Source of the DNA: an uncultured Verrucomicrobiae bacterium
GTDB taxonomy: Bacteria > Verrucomicrobiota > Verrucomicrobiia > Chthoniobacterales > Chthoniobacteraceae
Reading direction: 5' to 3'
Assembly: GCA_963828525.1 (NCBI GenBank)
Contig: CAWHEP010000002.1
Location: forward strand, 96,001-160,000
Length of the DNA: 64,000 bases
Part shown: piece after piece, positions 12,195 to 22,981 of the stretch
How the letters are laid out: every line of letters begins with the position of its first letter
Position numbering within the stretch: the stretch's first letter is position 1
The notes under the pieces: model-generated
Database searches by the model: none
Told to the model about the DNA's origin: nothing
Seen by the model: the letters and a program-made list of their open reading frames with translations, nothing else
Translations under genes and position numbers: made by a program

Positions 12195-12449
12195 CTAGCA
12201 CTCGAAGAATTGGCGGACGGTTCCATGATCGTCTTTGACCACAAAGCGGGAGTGACCGGGCGAATCTTTTTCGACGCTCACGGAAAGGCCTCGCGGCAGC
12301 AATTCCTCCGAAATAAGCCGCTTAAGCTGATGATCGAATTGCTCCCAGCTAATCGCACCGGATTCGCGCGGGCGGGTCGCCTGGATGAGCACGATTTGGA
12401 TGATTTCAGGGATATCCGGCGGATCTGCGATGGTGGGGGAACGACTCAT
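12195..12449 (-). CDS. Hypothetical protein
   Basis: 84-aa ATG ORF of protein-like composition, co-oriented with neighbours. Confidence 0.45.
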   Translation of the reverse strand: MSRSPTIADPPDIPEIIQIVLIQATRPRESGAISWEQFDHQLKRLISEELLPRGLSVSVEKDSPGHSRFVVKDDHGTVRQFFEC

Positions 12450-12549
12450 AATATTTAAATTCTAGGACGCGGGAGAAAAGGCGGATTATCCAGGGGGATT
12501 GGAGGCCCTCCGACCGAGCGGGTTCCTTTCCAGCACGGCAGTATCGGAT

Positions 12550-12702
12550 TCAGGTTTCACGTTTTGCAGCCGCTGCGCCCTTTTTTCCCAAGGCAGTTCT
12601 GGTTCGCTTGGGCAGATGCGCGATGGTTTTCTTCGCCTTGGCACCAGCCGCAGCTTTTTTAATATTTTTCCTGGCGGCGGCCTTTTGTTTCACGGTGCTC
12701 AT
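12550..12702 (-). CDS. Small Lys/Ala-rich basic protein, 50 aa (not in ORF track)
   Basis: MSTVKQKAAARKNIKKAAAGAKAKKTIAHLPKRTRTALGKKGAAAAKRET; ATG overlaps upstream stop (ATGA). Confidence 0.7.
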   Translation of the reverse strand: MSTVKQKAAARKNIKKAAAGAKAKKTIAHLPKRTRTALGKKGAAAAKRET

Positions 12703-12890
12703 TTGCTCAAGCTCGTTTCACTTGCGGGCAAGGTGTTGATGCGGTCGGCAAGCCGCTGCAGCTTAGCGCGAATTTCCTGGACGTCTGGGCGATCGGGTCC
12801 CGTGTTTCCGATGTTGTCGATTGCCTTCCTCACGTCGGCGAGTTCGCGATGGAGATCCACGTACTCATCAGAGAGTGAAGCATGAGCCAT
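12699..12890 (-). CDS. Small helical hypothetical protein
   Basis: 63-aa ATG ORF, amphipathic; stop coupled to the next start. Confidence 0.55.
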   Translation of the reverse strand: MAHASLSDEYVDLHRELADVRKAIDNIGNTGPDRPDVQEIRAKLQRLADRINTLPASETSLSK

Positions 12891-13497
12891 GTGCCCATAA
12901 TCCGTCCTGTCAGTGCCTCAATGCAATAGGGGCGCGCCCTGAGATCACCTAAAAAATACCCAATCAGTGATCGCGTCAATCGGGTGACAACGACTTCTCG
13001 ATCCTTAAAAGCCGTCTTCCGAAACCCGCTTTTGCCCTTACTTCTCACCCACTCAAAACAGCGAGGAGCCGAAAACAAGCTGTCATCCCTGAATGAAGGA
13101 AACTCCGAAGCGCGCGTGGTTCCTATGGCGACGGCGACTGCCGCGGTCGCAAGGCCTATAGAATGCAAGTTCATTCCTCAGCTATTCAATGACGGTAAGA
13201 GTGCCAAGGTAGAATTCATGGAAGACGTCGTTGCGCCTATGGGATGATGGAGGGAAGGATTATAAGTTTTGCTCAGCCGCTTTTTCCGCCGGGTGGGATG
13301 AAGCGGATGTCGGCGAGAAGGTTTGTGGAGGGTTTATCAGCGCGTCCATCGCTCGTTTTCGGCAGGAAGTTTTTCGGTTGCAGGGCGCGCAGAGAGCGCT
13401 GCGCCACGATACGACGCACGCGGGCGGGAGCGTTGTTAGGACGGTGCGGTATGGGAGTTTGTTCTGAGCGGGTTTGTTGCCGAGCGTACAGAGGTTG

Positions 13498-13524
13498 CGG
13501 ACGCCTCGGCGAGGCATCCCTGCC
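13498..13524. repeat. Isolated REP-like palindrome
   Basis: GGACGCCTC-GGC-GAGGCATCC followed by CTGCC, just downstream of GH106 stop. Confidence 0.35.
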
Positions 13525-13539
13525 TGGAAATTCCCTAGG

Positions 13540-16500
13540 CTATCTCTTGAAGTCCACCAACTGCCCAGCCTGGATAGTCACCGGCCCCAGCAGTCCGGAC
13601 GGAAGCAGCGGCGAATCCGCTTTATACGGCGAGACGCTGGCCCAAGTGATTCGCTTGTCCTGCGGCAGTTTTTGATCGCCGATCATCCTGTTCGGCCAAA
13701 GATTGGTAATCCTCACTTCCAGATGGTTCGCGCCGGTTTTTATGGCGTTGGTAATCTCAGTCCGGAAAGGCGGCTTCCAGAGGATGCCAAGCTGCTGGCC
13801 GTTCAGGCTGACCTGAGCGAGGTTTTTGACGTTCCCCAAGTCCAGATACGCGAGGTGGCCCGCGCCGGTGAACCCCTCAGGCAAAGTGAAATCCATTGAA
13901 TATCTGGCCGTGCCTGAGAAATAGCGGACTCCTTCATCAGGGCTGTCCGTCCAGGACATCAAATGATCGAAGGTCGCGGAGTCGGGGGCTCCGAGTTTTG
14001 GGGGGAAGGTCACTCGCCAGGGGCCCGCGATGGCAAGGGGCGGAGGAAGCGCTGGAACGACTTGTTTGGAGGAAATCCCCTCGCCGTTCGTGATCTCGTA
14101 GGCGCCCGGCTCGTGGGCAACAAGCCGCGCGTTTCCACCGGATATTTCCGGGAGGGAGGCAGTGGGTTCGGAACCGGCTTCGAACAAAGCCTTTCCGTTC
14201 AAAGTGGCGGACGCAACTCGCGTTGCAACGGCATCGGGGCGGCGGAACACCACAAAAACCGAACCCAGGGGGTCGAACGGGATGGGTAGAGTCGTGGTCC
14301 CGTTTCCCGTCTTGTAGAGAGCAGCGGATTCGACGCGACCGGTATCTGGATGCCACAATTCGGGCGCCTTCCCCTCGACGCGAAAAGTACAAGCCATCGT
14401 GATTGGTCTCTCCAACTGATTGGAAACGAAATAAATATCGCCATCCTTGTCGAGGCGGTGGATGTAAAGCGCGGTCTGCTCCGACGCCGTAAAATCCGGG
14501 GGCGTTGAAAGCACCTGCTCCAAAGATTTTCCCCAAACGATTTTTCCTTTGCCGAACGGATGCTCGAAAACGGATTTGCCGTCGCAAGAACCCCAGAGTT
14601 CACTGGCAGTAGATGCGAGAGCTTCGTCGGCGCGCGGGTAGTCGAGCAAGCTGGGGGATTTGAGCGGCTTCGGCCCGTAAACGGTCGCGCCCGCTTGCAC
14701 CAGATCACGGATTTTTTGAAGCACGGGGAGCGTCATCCGATCATTCTCCGGCAGCACCAGCACTCTATATCGCATCCCGCTGGGGAGCGCGAGATGCCCA
14801 TCTTCAACAGTCATGCGATTCAGGAGAATCTCCGCGTTGCATACATCGAAGCCAAAACCGCGCGGGGGAACCGGAAGGAGGCCATCGCGGCTCACGCAGA
14901 CCGGAGCGCCCTCTCCGTAGAAATAGCAGAGGTCAGCAACAAAACGCCCTCTCTGCAGCATGAACTCGGATCGGGAGAGGTAGCCAAGCCAGGCGGCTCC
15001 CTGTTCCCACCAGGTGTTCGTGCGCTCGAAGTTAATGCCCCACGGCCCCATGCTCATCCCCGGCGCGCGATCCAGCCACGGCTGGTGCGCGTAGCGGTGG
15101 AAGACGAAACGATTGACGCCGTTGCAGAACTCCTGATCGCCCAAAGCTTTCAGCGAGTAGGGATCGTTCTTCCAGGAAGCAGGCGCTGCTGTGGAGGTGA
15201 AGGATTCAGTGGCGGCAATGTTCTGGCCATAAATGTGCGCGGCGCAAGCAGCCTCGCGCGCGTCGGAAAAGACATCGACAGAGGAGCCGAGAGTCCAAAA
15301 TTCACCCATGGGAATATCGGTGCGGCCCTTGCATTGGAGCTGGTCCGCGATCGTGGGCATGCCCTGGCCGGTTGCCTCCGCGGCGAGCCCCATGCCTTTC
15401 GATCTGGCGAGACTCTGCAGCGTTCCATAGTGCTCATCTGCCACGAGATCCGCCAGGGTTCGGCGGTAGTCCCAAAGGAAGCGCTCGCTTTCATCGCGGC
15501 TGCTTACAATGCGGCCAGTGAGAACGGGGAGCCACGGCCCGAGGTCATAGCCCCGTCGTTTCGCAAACTCCTCCCGCATGAGCGGCGTCCAGTTCTCGCA
15601 ACCAGCCTCCCAGCTATCCAGCAGCACATATTTCAAGGTCGTGCCTATAGAGTCAGGAGAATCGCTCATGACCGGACCAAACATCCCATGAAAATGCGCT
15701 TCCACGGCGGCCTTGCTCATTTTATCGCACTCCAGCCCCGCCAAGGTTGAAGGATGTGTCTTCGTGCCGATGGCGGTGTGACCGAGGCGGACGACCGTCC
15801 ACTGGCCCGCGGGCGCTTCCCAATTTTCCACCCCCGCAAGGTTCACCACTTTCGCTTGCTCTATCGGCAAAGTGGAGGAGTCCAGAGGTGAATTGAACGT
15901 GTTGATTTTGCGGTCCACTGCCAGCCCAACCCGCTGCCTGTAACGGTCGACGCGCCCCGAGTCGAGGGTCAAAGCGGTGATGAAAACAGGGCTTGTGGAA
16001 GGAGTGTTGTTATAAAGCCGAAAGAATTTCCCGGTTGTCGTAGGGAAGGTCACAATCTCGTCGGAAGAGAGAGCGCAAACTTTGTGGAAGGTCTCTCCAT
16101 CATCGCCAGCCTGCAGTTCCCATCCTTTCCGCCAACCGCTCTTGACGACGATCCTCAACGACTGCGCCTTCACCGGTTTGTCATATTCGAGCCGCACCCA
16201 CTGTGGCGCGGGACTCTTGGGCAACTCCCAGGGAGCCCCTGAAGATTGAAACTGAAAGGCGGTCGGCGACGCGCTGCTGGTGATGGCAGCAGGGGTCGGT
16301 GGTTCGCCGGCGGGTAAAAGGTAGGCGAAGCAGGCGACATCTTCGTAGTAATCGAGATTGCCATCGGCCTTCGGCAGCGATGCGATCACAACGCGCTCGC
16401 CCCCGCTGGCATGCGTCTCAGTCCAGACAAGTTTTTGCATCCCTTGAGCGGGCGTGACCCACGGGCCTCCTGATTCGCTCCAGCCATCACAGCCTTCCAT

Positions 16501-16824
16501 GGAAATCTCGAGGCCGAGCTTTCCCGCGACGTCGAGCGCGTGATGCACGAGCGAGCGCCACTCCGCGCTCATGAATTTCACAGGCCCGTGAACGTCGCTC
16601 TGATCGACAGTGAAAATCTGAGCGCCTCCAAGGCCGACGCGCTTCATCGCCTCGAGGTCCGCTGTGATGCCCTCGGCAGATACGTTGCCGCTGACCCAAT
16701 GCCACCAGGTTCGCGGCTTTGCCGATTCAGGCGGATTCGCGAATCCGGATTCCAGGGAGACGTTTTCCGAAGCAGCAAGGGCGGGAATCGCGAGGAGGCA
16801 GAGAATAATCAGGTAGCGTTTCAT
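13540..16824 (-). CDS. GH106 alpha-L-rhamnosidase family glycoside hydrolase, secreted
   Basis: Signal peptide; PPESAKPRTWWHW, GWSESGGPWVTP, DSWEAG, PMGEFW, AATESFT, TNLWPNRMIGD, PSGLLGPV. Confidence 0.92.
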   Translation of the reverse strand: MKRYLIILCLLAIPALAASENVSLESGFANPPESAKPRTWWHWVSGNVSAEGITADLEAMKRVGLGGAQIFTVDQSDVHGPVKFMSAEWRSLVHHALDVAGKLGLEISMEGCDGWSESGGPWVTPAQGMQKLVWTETHASGGERVVIASLPKADGNLDYYEDVACFAYLLPAGEPPTPAAITSSASPTAFQFQSSGAPWELPKSPAPQWVRLEYDKPVKAQSLRIVVKSGWRKGWELQAGDDGETFHKVCALSSDEIVTFPTTTGKFFRLYNNTPSTSPVFITALTLDSGRVDRYRQRVGLAVDRKINTFNSPLDSSTLPIEQAKVVNLAGVENWEAPAGQWTVVRLGHTAIGTKTHPSTLAGLECDKMSKAAVEAHFHGMFGPVMSDSPDSIGTTLKYVLLDSWEAGCENWTPLMREEFAKRRGYDLGPWLPVLTGRIVSSRDESERFLWDYRRTLADLVADEHYGTLQSLARSKGMGLAAEATGQGMPTIADQLQCKGRTDIPMGEFWTLGSSVDVFSDAREAACAAHIYGQNIAATESFTSTAAPASWKNDPYSLKALGDQEFCNGVNRFVFHRYAHQPWLDRAPGMSMGPWGINFERTNTWWEQGAAWLGYLSRSEFMLQRGRFVADLCYFYGEGAPVCVSRDGLLPVPPRGFGFDVCNAEILLNRMTVEDGHLALPSGMRYRVLVLPENDRMTLPVLQKIRDLVQAGATVYGPKPLKSPSLLDYPRADEALASTASELWGSCDGKSVFEHPFGKGKIVWGKSLEQVLSTPPDFTASEQTALYIHRLDKDGDIYFVSNQLERPITMACTFRVEGKAPELWHPDTGRVESAALYKTGNGTTTLPIPFDPLGSVFVVFRRPDAVATRVASATLNGKALFEAGSEPTASLPEISGGNARLVAHEPGAYEITNGEGISSKQVVPALPPPLAIAGPWRVTFPPKLGAPDSATFDHLMSWTDSPDEGVRYFSGTARYSMDFTLPEGFTGAGHLAYLDLGNVKNLAQVSLNGQQLGILWKPPFRTEITNAIKTGANHLEVRITNLWPNRMIGDQKLPQDKRITWASVSPYKADSPLLPSGLLGPVTIQAGQLVDFKR

Positions 16825-16960
16825 GGAGGGAGAGTCTTCGTTGGGGGGGGGGATTCCAGAGCGCGTTTTCGAGGCTGCGTCTGGCAGAGCGAGAATAGAC
16901 TATAGTGACCGCCTCTATGATAAAGCAAAATGCAAAACGCGGGGCTGGGATTAACCTGAA

Positions 16961-17418
16961 ATGAGCAAGGCATTCACAAAGGAGGACGCGGAGATTCCGG
17001 AGCGCGACGCGCGCGCCAGGTCGAGCTTCGGGCCTGCCGCCGGGGGCATTGAACTACATCACAGCGGATGGCGCGCGCCGCCTGAAGGAGGAGCTTGCAG
17101 CGCTCCGCGGCGGAAAGAGACAGGCGACGAGGAAAGAGCCGTTGAACTTGAACAGATCATAGCGTCACTCGTCGTAGTGGCACGGCCTGAGGCAGACGCC
17201 CGATGGCGTTGCTTTTGGAGCAAGGGTCACGATGCGGAACGCGGAATGGAGAGACTTTTGTGAGGAGGGTGGTCGGCGTGGATGAGGTTGACTTCATCGC
17301 AGACGCGGTAAGCTGGGTCTCGGAAACGGGGCGACTGTTGTTACGGTCAGGCCTCGGGGATCGCGTGACTCTCCCGGACGTAGCGGAGCCGGTCCGTATT
17401 GAAAAGATCGATTACTAG
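16961..17418 (+). CDS. GreA/GreB family elongation-factor-like protein (frameshifted)
   Basis: MSKAFTKED..., LPPGALNYITADGARRLKEEL in a shifted frame, VVGVDEVD..VSWVS..GRLL..GDRVTL. Confidence 0.75.
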
Positions 17419-17483
17419 AAGGGCAGGTCATCCCGGGTTCACCGATGGCGCACGCGCCACGATCCAAGCCGAAATCCACCACC

Positions 17484-17666
17484 CTAGCTCTTCTTTTTCT
17501 CAACCGGGTCATCGGAGGTCGTGGGATGACTCGGAGTGGCGGTGTGTCCGGAGGTAGGATGATGCTGCGCCTCGGTGACCTCCAGCTTCTCCCGCTCCGC
17601 CGCTTCATCCTTTGCGTGTTTCTGAACGTCCTTCTTGTGCGCTTCCTTCGGTGATTTGTCTCCCAT
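17484..17666 (-). CDS. Small hydrophilic hypothetical protein (MGDKSPK...)
   Basis: 60-aa charged ORF. Confidence 0.45.
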   Translation of the reverse strand: MGDKSPKEAHKKDVQKHAKDEAAEREKLEVTEAQHHPTSGHTATPSHPTTSDDPVEKKKS

Positions 17667-17804
17667 GCAGGAAGGTACAGGGTTCCAGAGGAATGTAAAA
17701 CAATGATAGGTCAATCCAAGGGTCGTCCCGTCTCAAAGCCGCGACAGCGGCATGGCGTCATTTCCTGAAGCGACGGCGAGCCTCTACGCCGGGCCCCTTA
17801 AAAA

Positions 17805-18458
17805 TCACTTTGTGATGATCTTGCCCGCGCCGAAGTTGTAGAAGTACCTCGGGTTCGTCGTGTAATGCCCCGGCTTGGTGGTGTCCGGATAGTAGTAGAG
17901 CCAGGCGCCTTGGGTATAGTCGTAAAGGTAGGGAAACAGGGTCGGCGAAGTGTAAAAGTACGTGCCTGAGGTGAAATCAAAGAGATTGATTCCGCCTTTC
18001 CCATCGTTTGCGTCCGTTACGGCGAGAAATCCCATGTCGCAGTGATACAGAATCGGGAAAAAGTTGGTGATGTAGTACCCAAACGGAGTGCCGTTCGCAA
18101 AAGCAAGGTAGTAGAAATCCGTGTTCGGAATGCGGGCGTTACCAGAGAAGAACGGCGGAATGCTCAGTTGAGTTACAGAATTCACCACAACAGAAGTTCC
18201 GGATGACAACGCCGCCGCAACTTGATCCATCATGGCCAGGCTGGTGGAGTTCGCCACGGTGCCGATCACAGTGTATCCGCCTTTGCCCGTGTCCAAAGGA
18301 GTTGAGTTATCCTGGGTATTGAAGAACCACTGTTTTGCGGTAGTAATTCCGGTGCCTCCAAAGTTCACTTTTGAGAGGGCCAAGGTGCCCCGCGCATTGG
18401 ATTGTCCGAGTTCATTGCCGAGCAACGGGAGCGTGAAGGACGTTCCCAAAGGGCGCAA
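17805..18458 (-). pseudogene. 5'-truncated cyclophilin-type PPIase fused to the Tyr/Phe-rich C-terminal domain
   Basis: NE..SNARGTLALSK..TAKQWFFNTQDN..LD..GGYTVIGTV is the second half of a cyclophilin; no N-terminal half or signal peptide; tail homologous to 1504-1857. Confidence 0.65.
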
Positions 18459-18467
18459 GTTCGCGCT

Positions 18468-19444
18468 TTATCTCGCCATCGCAATCTCGTGCCCGTGGCA
18501 TCGATTCACCTCTACAGTGACATGGGCATATTCTTCATGCTGCTGGAGCCGCTGCTTATAATCCTTTGGCTCGAACGGGCTTCTTCAGACACCACGGAGA
18601 GCACGACCGCGAATTCCTTCAGGCCCACACGCAGGATGTGAAGATCGCATACTCGGCTGTCTCCATCGCTTTCGACCGCTTTCCTGATCTCATCAACGGC
18701 TGCCGGCTCCATTTCGCGGTCGAGCAATACACGGCCCGTGTCGCGTATGAGAGAATATGCCCACTGGCCTACCACCATCGCGCCGACTGCTCCTACCAAT
18801 GGGTCTAACCATGACCAGCCGAACATCTTGCCCAAGCTTAGCGCCACGATCGCCGCCACGGACGTTGCCGCGTCCGCCAGGACGTGCAGGTAGGCAGCGC
18901 GCAGGTTCAGGTCACCTTTTCCGCGCGCAGCGTGACTGCCGCCGTGATCGCTTTCGTCATGATGATGGCCGGGGTCGTGGCCGTGATGGTGATCGTCGCC
19001 GAGCAAGAAAGCGCTAAGCAGGTTAACTCCCAAGCCCAGGCAAGCCACAGCTATAGCCTGGTTGAACTGAATGGGCAGCGGATGCAGCAGGCGGATGGAC
19101 GCCTCCAACGCGATGTATACGGCTACCCCTGCGAGGATCAAGGCGCTTGTGTAGCCGCCGAGGGGGCCGATCTTTGCGGGGCCGAACGTGAAGCGGGAAT
19201 CTGCGGCGTTCCGGCGGGCATACACATAAGCGAAGGCCGCGATGCCGAGAGCCACGACGTGGGTGCCCATATGCCATCCATCGGCGAAGAGCGCCATCGA
19301 ATGGAGGAAGTGACCCGCGACGATCTCCAGCAGCATCATCACGGTGGTCAATGCGGTAACGAGCAGCGTTTTGCGCTCTCCAGCCGGGCTGCCGGTCGTA
19401 AAGCGATGTTCGTGCTGCCAAGGTGAAGAGTCGTCGTGATGCAT
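18468..19444 (-). CDS. dmeF: CDF family Co/Ni efflux transporter DmeF-like (frameshift near 18570)
   Basis: SMALFADGWHMGTH, His-rich loop, NLRAAYLHVLADA; shifted frame gives typical tail PKDYKQRLQQHEEYAHVTVEVNRC ending at TAA 18468. Confidence 0.85.
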
Positions 19445-19726
19445 GAATGTCTCTGCATCTGATCAGCCGCTCACGTCAAGGGAGCGAGGAGATACTGATC
19501 CCGGAAAAACTTACTTTGAATCACCGGCTAAGGAGACGCGCGGCGTCCGGGCTGAATAAGACGGCAATAAAAGCTCGTCAAATTTCAATGGAAATGAGAA
19601 TACCGAAAAACCGCCCACGCCAGTCGTGGGGAACAACCCGCATGGCAAATCTCAGCTCAGGCATTCACGAATCGACCCGGCCAACGCACGGTGCGGAATC
19701 GCTGTGGTTTGACGCCATCTCAGCCA

Positions 19727-20246
19727 ATGAATAATGAAAGCTTATGCGCTCTCTTTTCGTTCGCGACACTCGGGATTATGCGGTTCTTTGTCGTGCCGCT
19801 CGGCTTTTTCCGCTTCGTCATGTTGTACGGAAAGCCGATTCGATACGCGGATTCCGGGTTGAATCGTTGCCTGAGCTGGTGGGGATTATACGAATGCGCA
19901 GGACCCCTGATTCCCAGCAAGGAACAATTCGATGCTTACAAGGAAGACATGGTCTTCACTCGAGATGGCGTGAAAATGTTCGGTTGAAGTAGTGATTTTT
20001 TACAAAATTGTGGATGCCATCAAGGCGGTTTACGAAATTCGAGATTACAAAGTTGCCATCGAAGATTTAGTGAAGGCGATCCTCAGAAATGAGTGTGGAA
20101 GCGTGCCGGCCCGCGAGTTGCTTTCCGGACGGGAGCAACTGGCCGCCAAGCTCCGCGATGCCCTCGACAGGGATACCGAACCTTGGGGAATCCATGTTCG
20201 CCTGGTGGAACTCAAGGGTATCGATATTGCGGTCCAAACAGGATAA
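19727..20246 (+). CDS. SPFH/band-7 (stomatin-like) domain protein, frameshift near 19975
   Basis: VFTRDGV, VIFYKIVDAIKAVYEIRDY, LLSGREQL, TEPWGIHVRLVELKGIDI. Confidence 0.75.
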
Positions 20247-20258
20247 CCGGGGAATCAT

Positions 20259-20747
20259 ATGATAGAGGACGAACAGCAAATTGACCGGGCGAGCGAAGGT
20301 GGATTCCTACTGGAGCATGAAAGAGAGCTCCTTAAACACCAGGCCGAAACTTTGCGGACATTCTACTCTCTGACGGGAGCGCCGAGGAAGGATTACACGA
20401 TCCAAATGGCCGAGGCGGAGGCGGAACGCATCAAGATCGTCCGTCGCGCCGAAGCCGAGGGAATCATGATGATCCGGCAGGCCGAGGCGGAAGGGCTGAA
20501 GCTTCTTGGGGAGGCGCTTGCGACCACGAACCAACCCGATGCTTTGTTAAAAGTGCTGGCTCTTGAAGCTGCCGCGAAGATCGCCCAGTCACTAGCCGAT
20601 GGAAAGGATGGAAAGGATGGAAAGGCGGAAAGGCGGAAAGGCTACGAAGGTTTTTCTTCCCCAGAGTCTCGGAGATATCTTCTCCGTGCTAGAGATCCTA
20701 AAGGAATTCCAAAACGCCCAACCGCACCCCCTGCCGAGAAGGCCTGA
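20259..20747 (+). CDS. Protein resembling the coiled-coil C-terminal part of SPFH/paraslipin proteins; disrupted by a short repeat
   Basis: AEAEAERIK..AEAEGI..AEAEGL; LADGK continues as ATKVFLP in another frame. Confidence 0.55.
   Translation: MIEDEQQIDRASEGGFLLEHERELLKHQAETLRTFYSLTGAPRKDYTIQMAEAEAERIKIVRRAEAEGIMMIRQAEAEGLKLLGEALATTNQPDALLKVLALEAAAKIAQSLADGKDGKDGKAERRKGYEGFSSPESRRYLLRARDPKGIPKRPTAPPAEKA
20598..20640 (+). repeat. Short tandem repeat (GATGGAAAG)x3 + (GCGGAAAG)x2
   Basis: Read directly from sequence. Confidence 0.9.
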
Positions 20748-20912
20748 CGTTATTACCCGTGCGCGGACGGGGGAGCGACTATGGCCGAACGCATTCGGCG
20801 CGCCAGGTAAGCGTCCGGCACCCCTCGCGTCCGCGCCGACCCGTCGTCCTTCAGAAAGCCTCGCAGAACATCCATTCTCTACAATGGAGCGAAGCCAATC
20901 GACCGTTGCCTT

Positions 20913-21923
20913 TCATCGCAGTAACCGCTCTCGTTCGCGCACGATATCTGATCTACTTGGCCGAAGACGTATGCACTGTGGCCGTTGCAGCTGCTGAATC
21001 TCCAGCCTGTGTTCCGCATCAAGATTGTCCCCGATCAACAAACCCTCCACCAAGCGCAGCCTCACTGGGCCCCGACATGAAACCCCCGTATTCGGATGAG
21101 GCAAACCAAGCTTAGCGTGGCTTTTAACGACATCCGTTTTCCGGTTCCGATCACATAGTCTGGTGAGTTGCGTACAGGCGATTTTTCCTCCTGCACTAAG
21201 TGCCTTGCGGATATAACTTATCTAGGGATGATCATATCGATTGTTAGAACCCACCGAAAACAAATGCGTCCCAGCATTAATGAATTGCAACCACTGCTTT
21301 ACCATTGTCGAACGTCGATCAGCCGGGGCGCCGTGATGGGGGCCGATCATATAATCAGGAGCACCTCCCCCACATTCTCGCTGCACACTTTCTATGAGTG
21401 AATCACTCGCCCAGATTATCTTCGTGTTCCCCTTTACCGAAAGGCATATTATCCCAGAGGTTATATTTGGATTGGGTGCCAAGACATTGTTTTCAAAGAA
21501 GGGATATTTGACCTCAATCCGGCAATCACCCGCAGGGTTTGTCCAAATGATCGACGGGGCTTCCAACCGCCGTAAAGCACCGATCTCTCCAGCCTTGAAA
21601 CCCGCATGGACCCGTGAAAACAGTCCCGCAAAAGAAGCGTCTTTTTTATTTCGATCAACCAGAAAGTATACCGTTCCAATGCGGAATCGCGCTGCGTTAG
21701 CGATTGCGGCCATCGCACCCGCATGATCTGCATCGTTATGAGTTAGAATAATGCTCTCAATATAAATTGACGGATAATTGATTAACCAATCGATAATGGG
21801 GCTATTTCGTGGCCCTACATCAATGAGAATTACGCGATTATGCGCGATTCGAAGAACACTCGCATCACCCTGCCCCACGTCCCAAAACTCAATTATTAAC
21901 CCTTCGTCGGCCATTCCTGCCAC
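20913..21923 (-). pseudogene. ComEC/Rec2-like MBL-fold metallo-hydrolase with internal TAG at 21222-21224
   Basis: FWDVGQGDA, LIDVG, THNDADHAG, PHHG, SVGSNNRYDHP; same frame continues after TAG to 20913 with a Cys-rich tail. Confidence 0.8.
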
Positions 21924-22554
21924 ATAGCCTCAGCATCCGCATCTGAAATGGCGGGCATGGGAACCAATCCAACTACGTCGCGCACGACGTTTTCAGCGCC
22001 AAACTTTGCGAATGCTCTAAAATGCTCTCCAGGTTCTAGGATAGCGAAAGGAATCGATATGGCCCCGATCAATCGTTCATTTGCCCCATCGTGCCACTGG
22101 AGACGACAACCTACGTCATCGCGGCCCACGAGTTTGCCTTCAACGTATCGATAGGGTGATCTTTCGATAGAAAAGCGAGTATAGTCAACCTGCTTTGCGA
22201 TGGCAGCCCATTCTGCTTCTTCATGTTCGCTCAGTTCGAGGCGCTCCGCCTTTCCGAATAGCGTGAGATATTTGCGTACGATTTCCCGGCCAATCTCGTG
22301 CTGTTTTCCATATGGGAGAATCAGACCCATCCCACAATCTCGAATTCAAATCGACCGGGATAAACCGCGATTTTCGGATTTTCTTCCAGCGCGAGGTGTT
22401 GCCCCCCAACGACAAAGTGTCGCTGTTGGAGTGTGAAAATCTCCGGCTGCCCTTCTTCAAATCGCCGGGCCGACCTTGCCTCCTGTACCGCATTTCGATA
22501 TGCGGCAGCATAACTCTGCAGATGGGCGTTAAGCGGCTTTGCTATCAAAGGCAT
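21896..22554 (-). CDS. Hypothetical protein, middle gene of operon (frameshift near 22330)
   Basis: ORFs 22321-22599 and 21896-22330 join at FEFEIVGW/GLILPY; overlaps both neighbours. Confidence 0.55.
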
Positions 22555-22981
22555 ACGGTTTAAAGGATTTTTTAGCTTTCTCGCTAAAGAATGCTTCAAA
22601 CTCCTTCAGAATCAAGTCGTGGCAAATATGGCCCTCTTCCCATACCTGGGAGAGGTCGATCCTTCGATCGAAGGCTAAATGGGTGGTTGCGTTGAATCGC
22701 AGTACACGGAGGAGTTTTTACTTCGGTCTGAGCGGGAGAGCTTAATTGCACGCCCAGCGTCGAACATGGTTTTGTTTCTCCGTCTAGATTCAGTTGGAAG
22801 TCAAACGGCGGGAGAAGCTTTTTAATCTGTCCCGGTATATGATCAAAGAGCATCAGAACGTCTCCAATATTTATCTCGTCCGAAACACAGAAATCCGGAA
22901 GCGTGACGTTCGATAGGAGATTCACATATTGCAAGGATACTCCTGTGAAATTCGTCACACCGAAGTGATCCGCCCATTTAG

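Noticed and set aside
12830..13520. Short ORFs between the small-protein pair and GH106
   Set aside because: No motifs, conflicting overlapping frames
21222..21224. Pyrrolysine or amber recoding of the MBL gene
   Set aside because: TAG serves as a normal stop in many genes here and no pyl genes are visible
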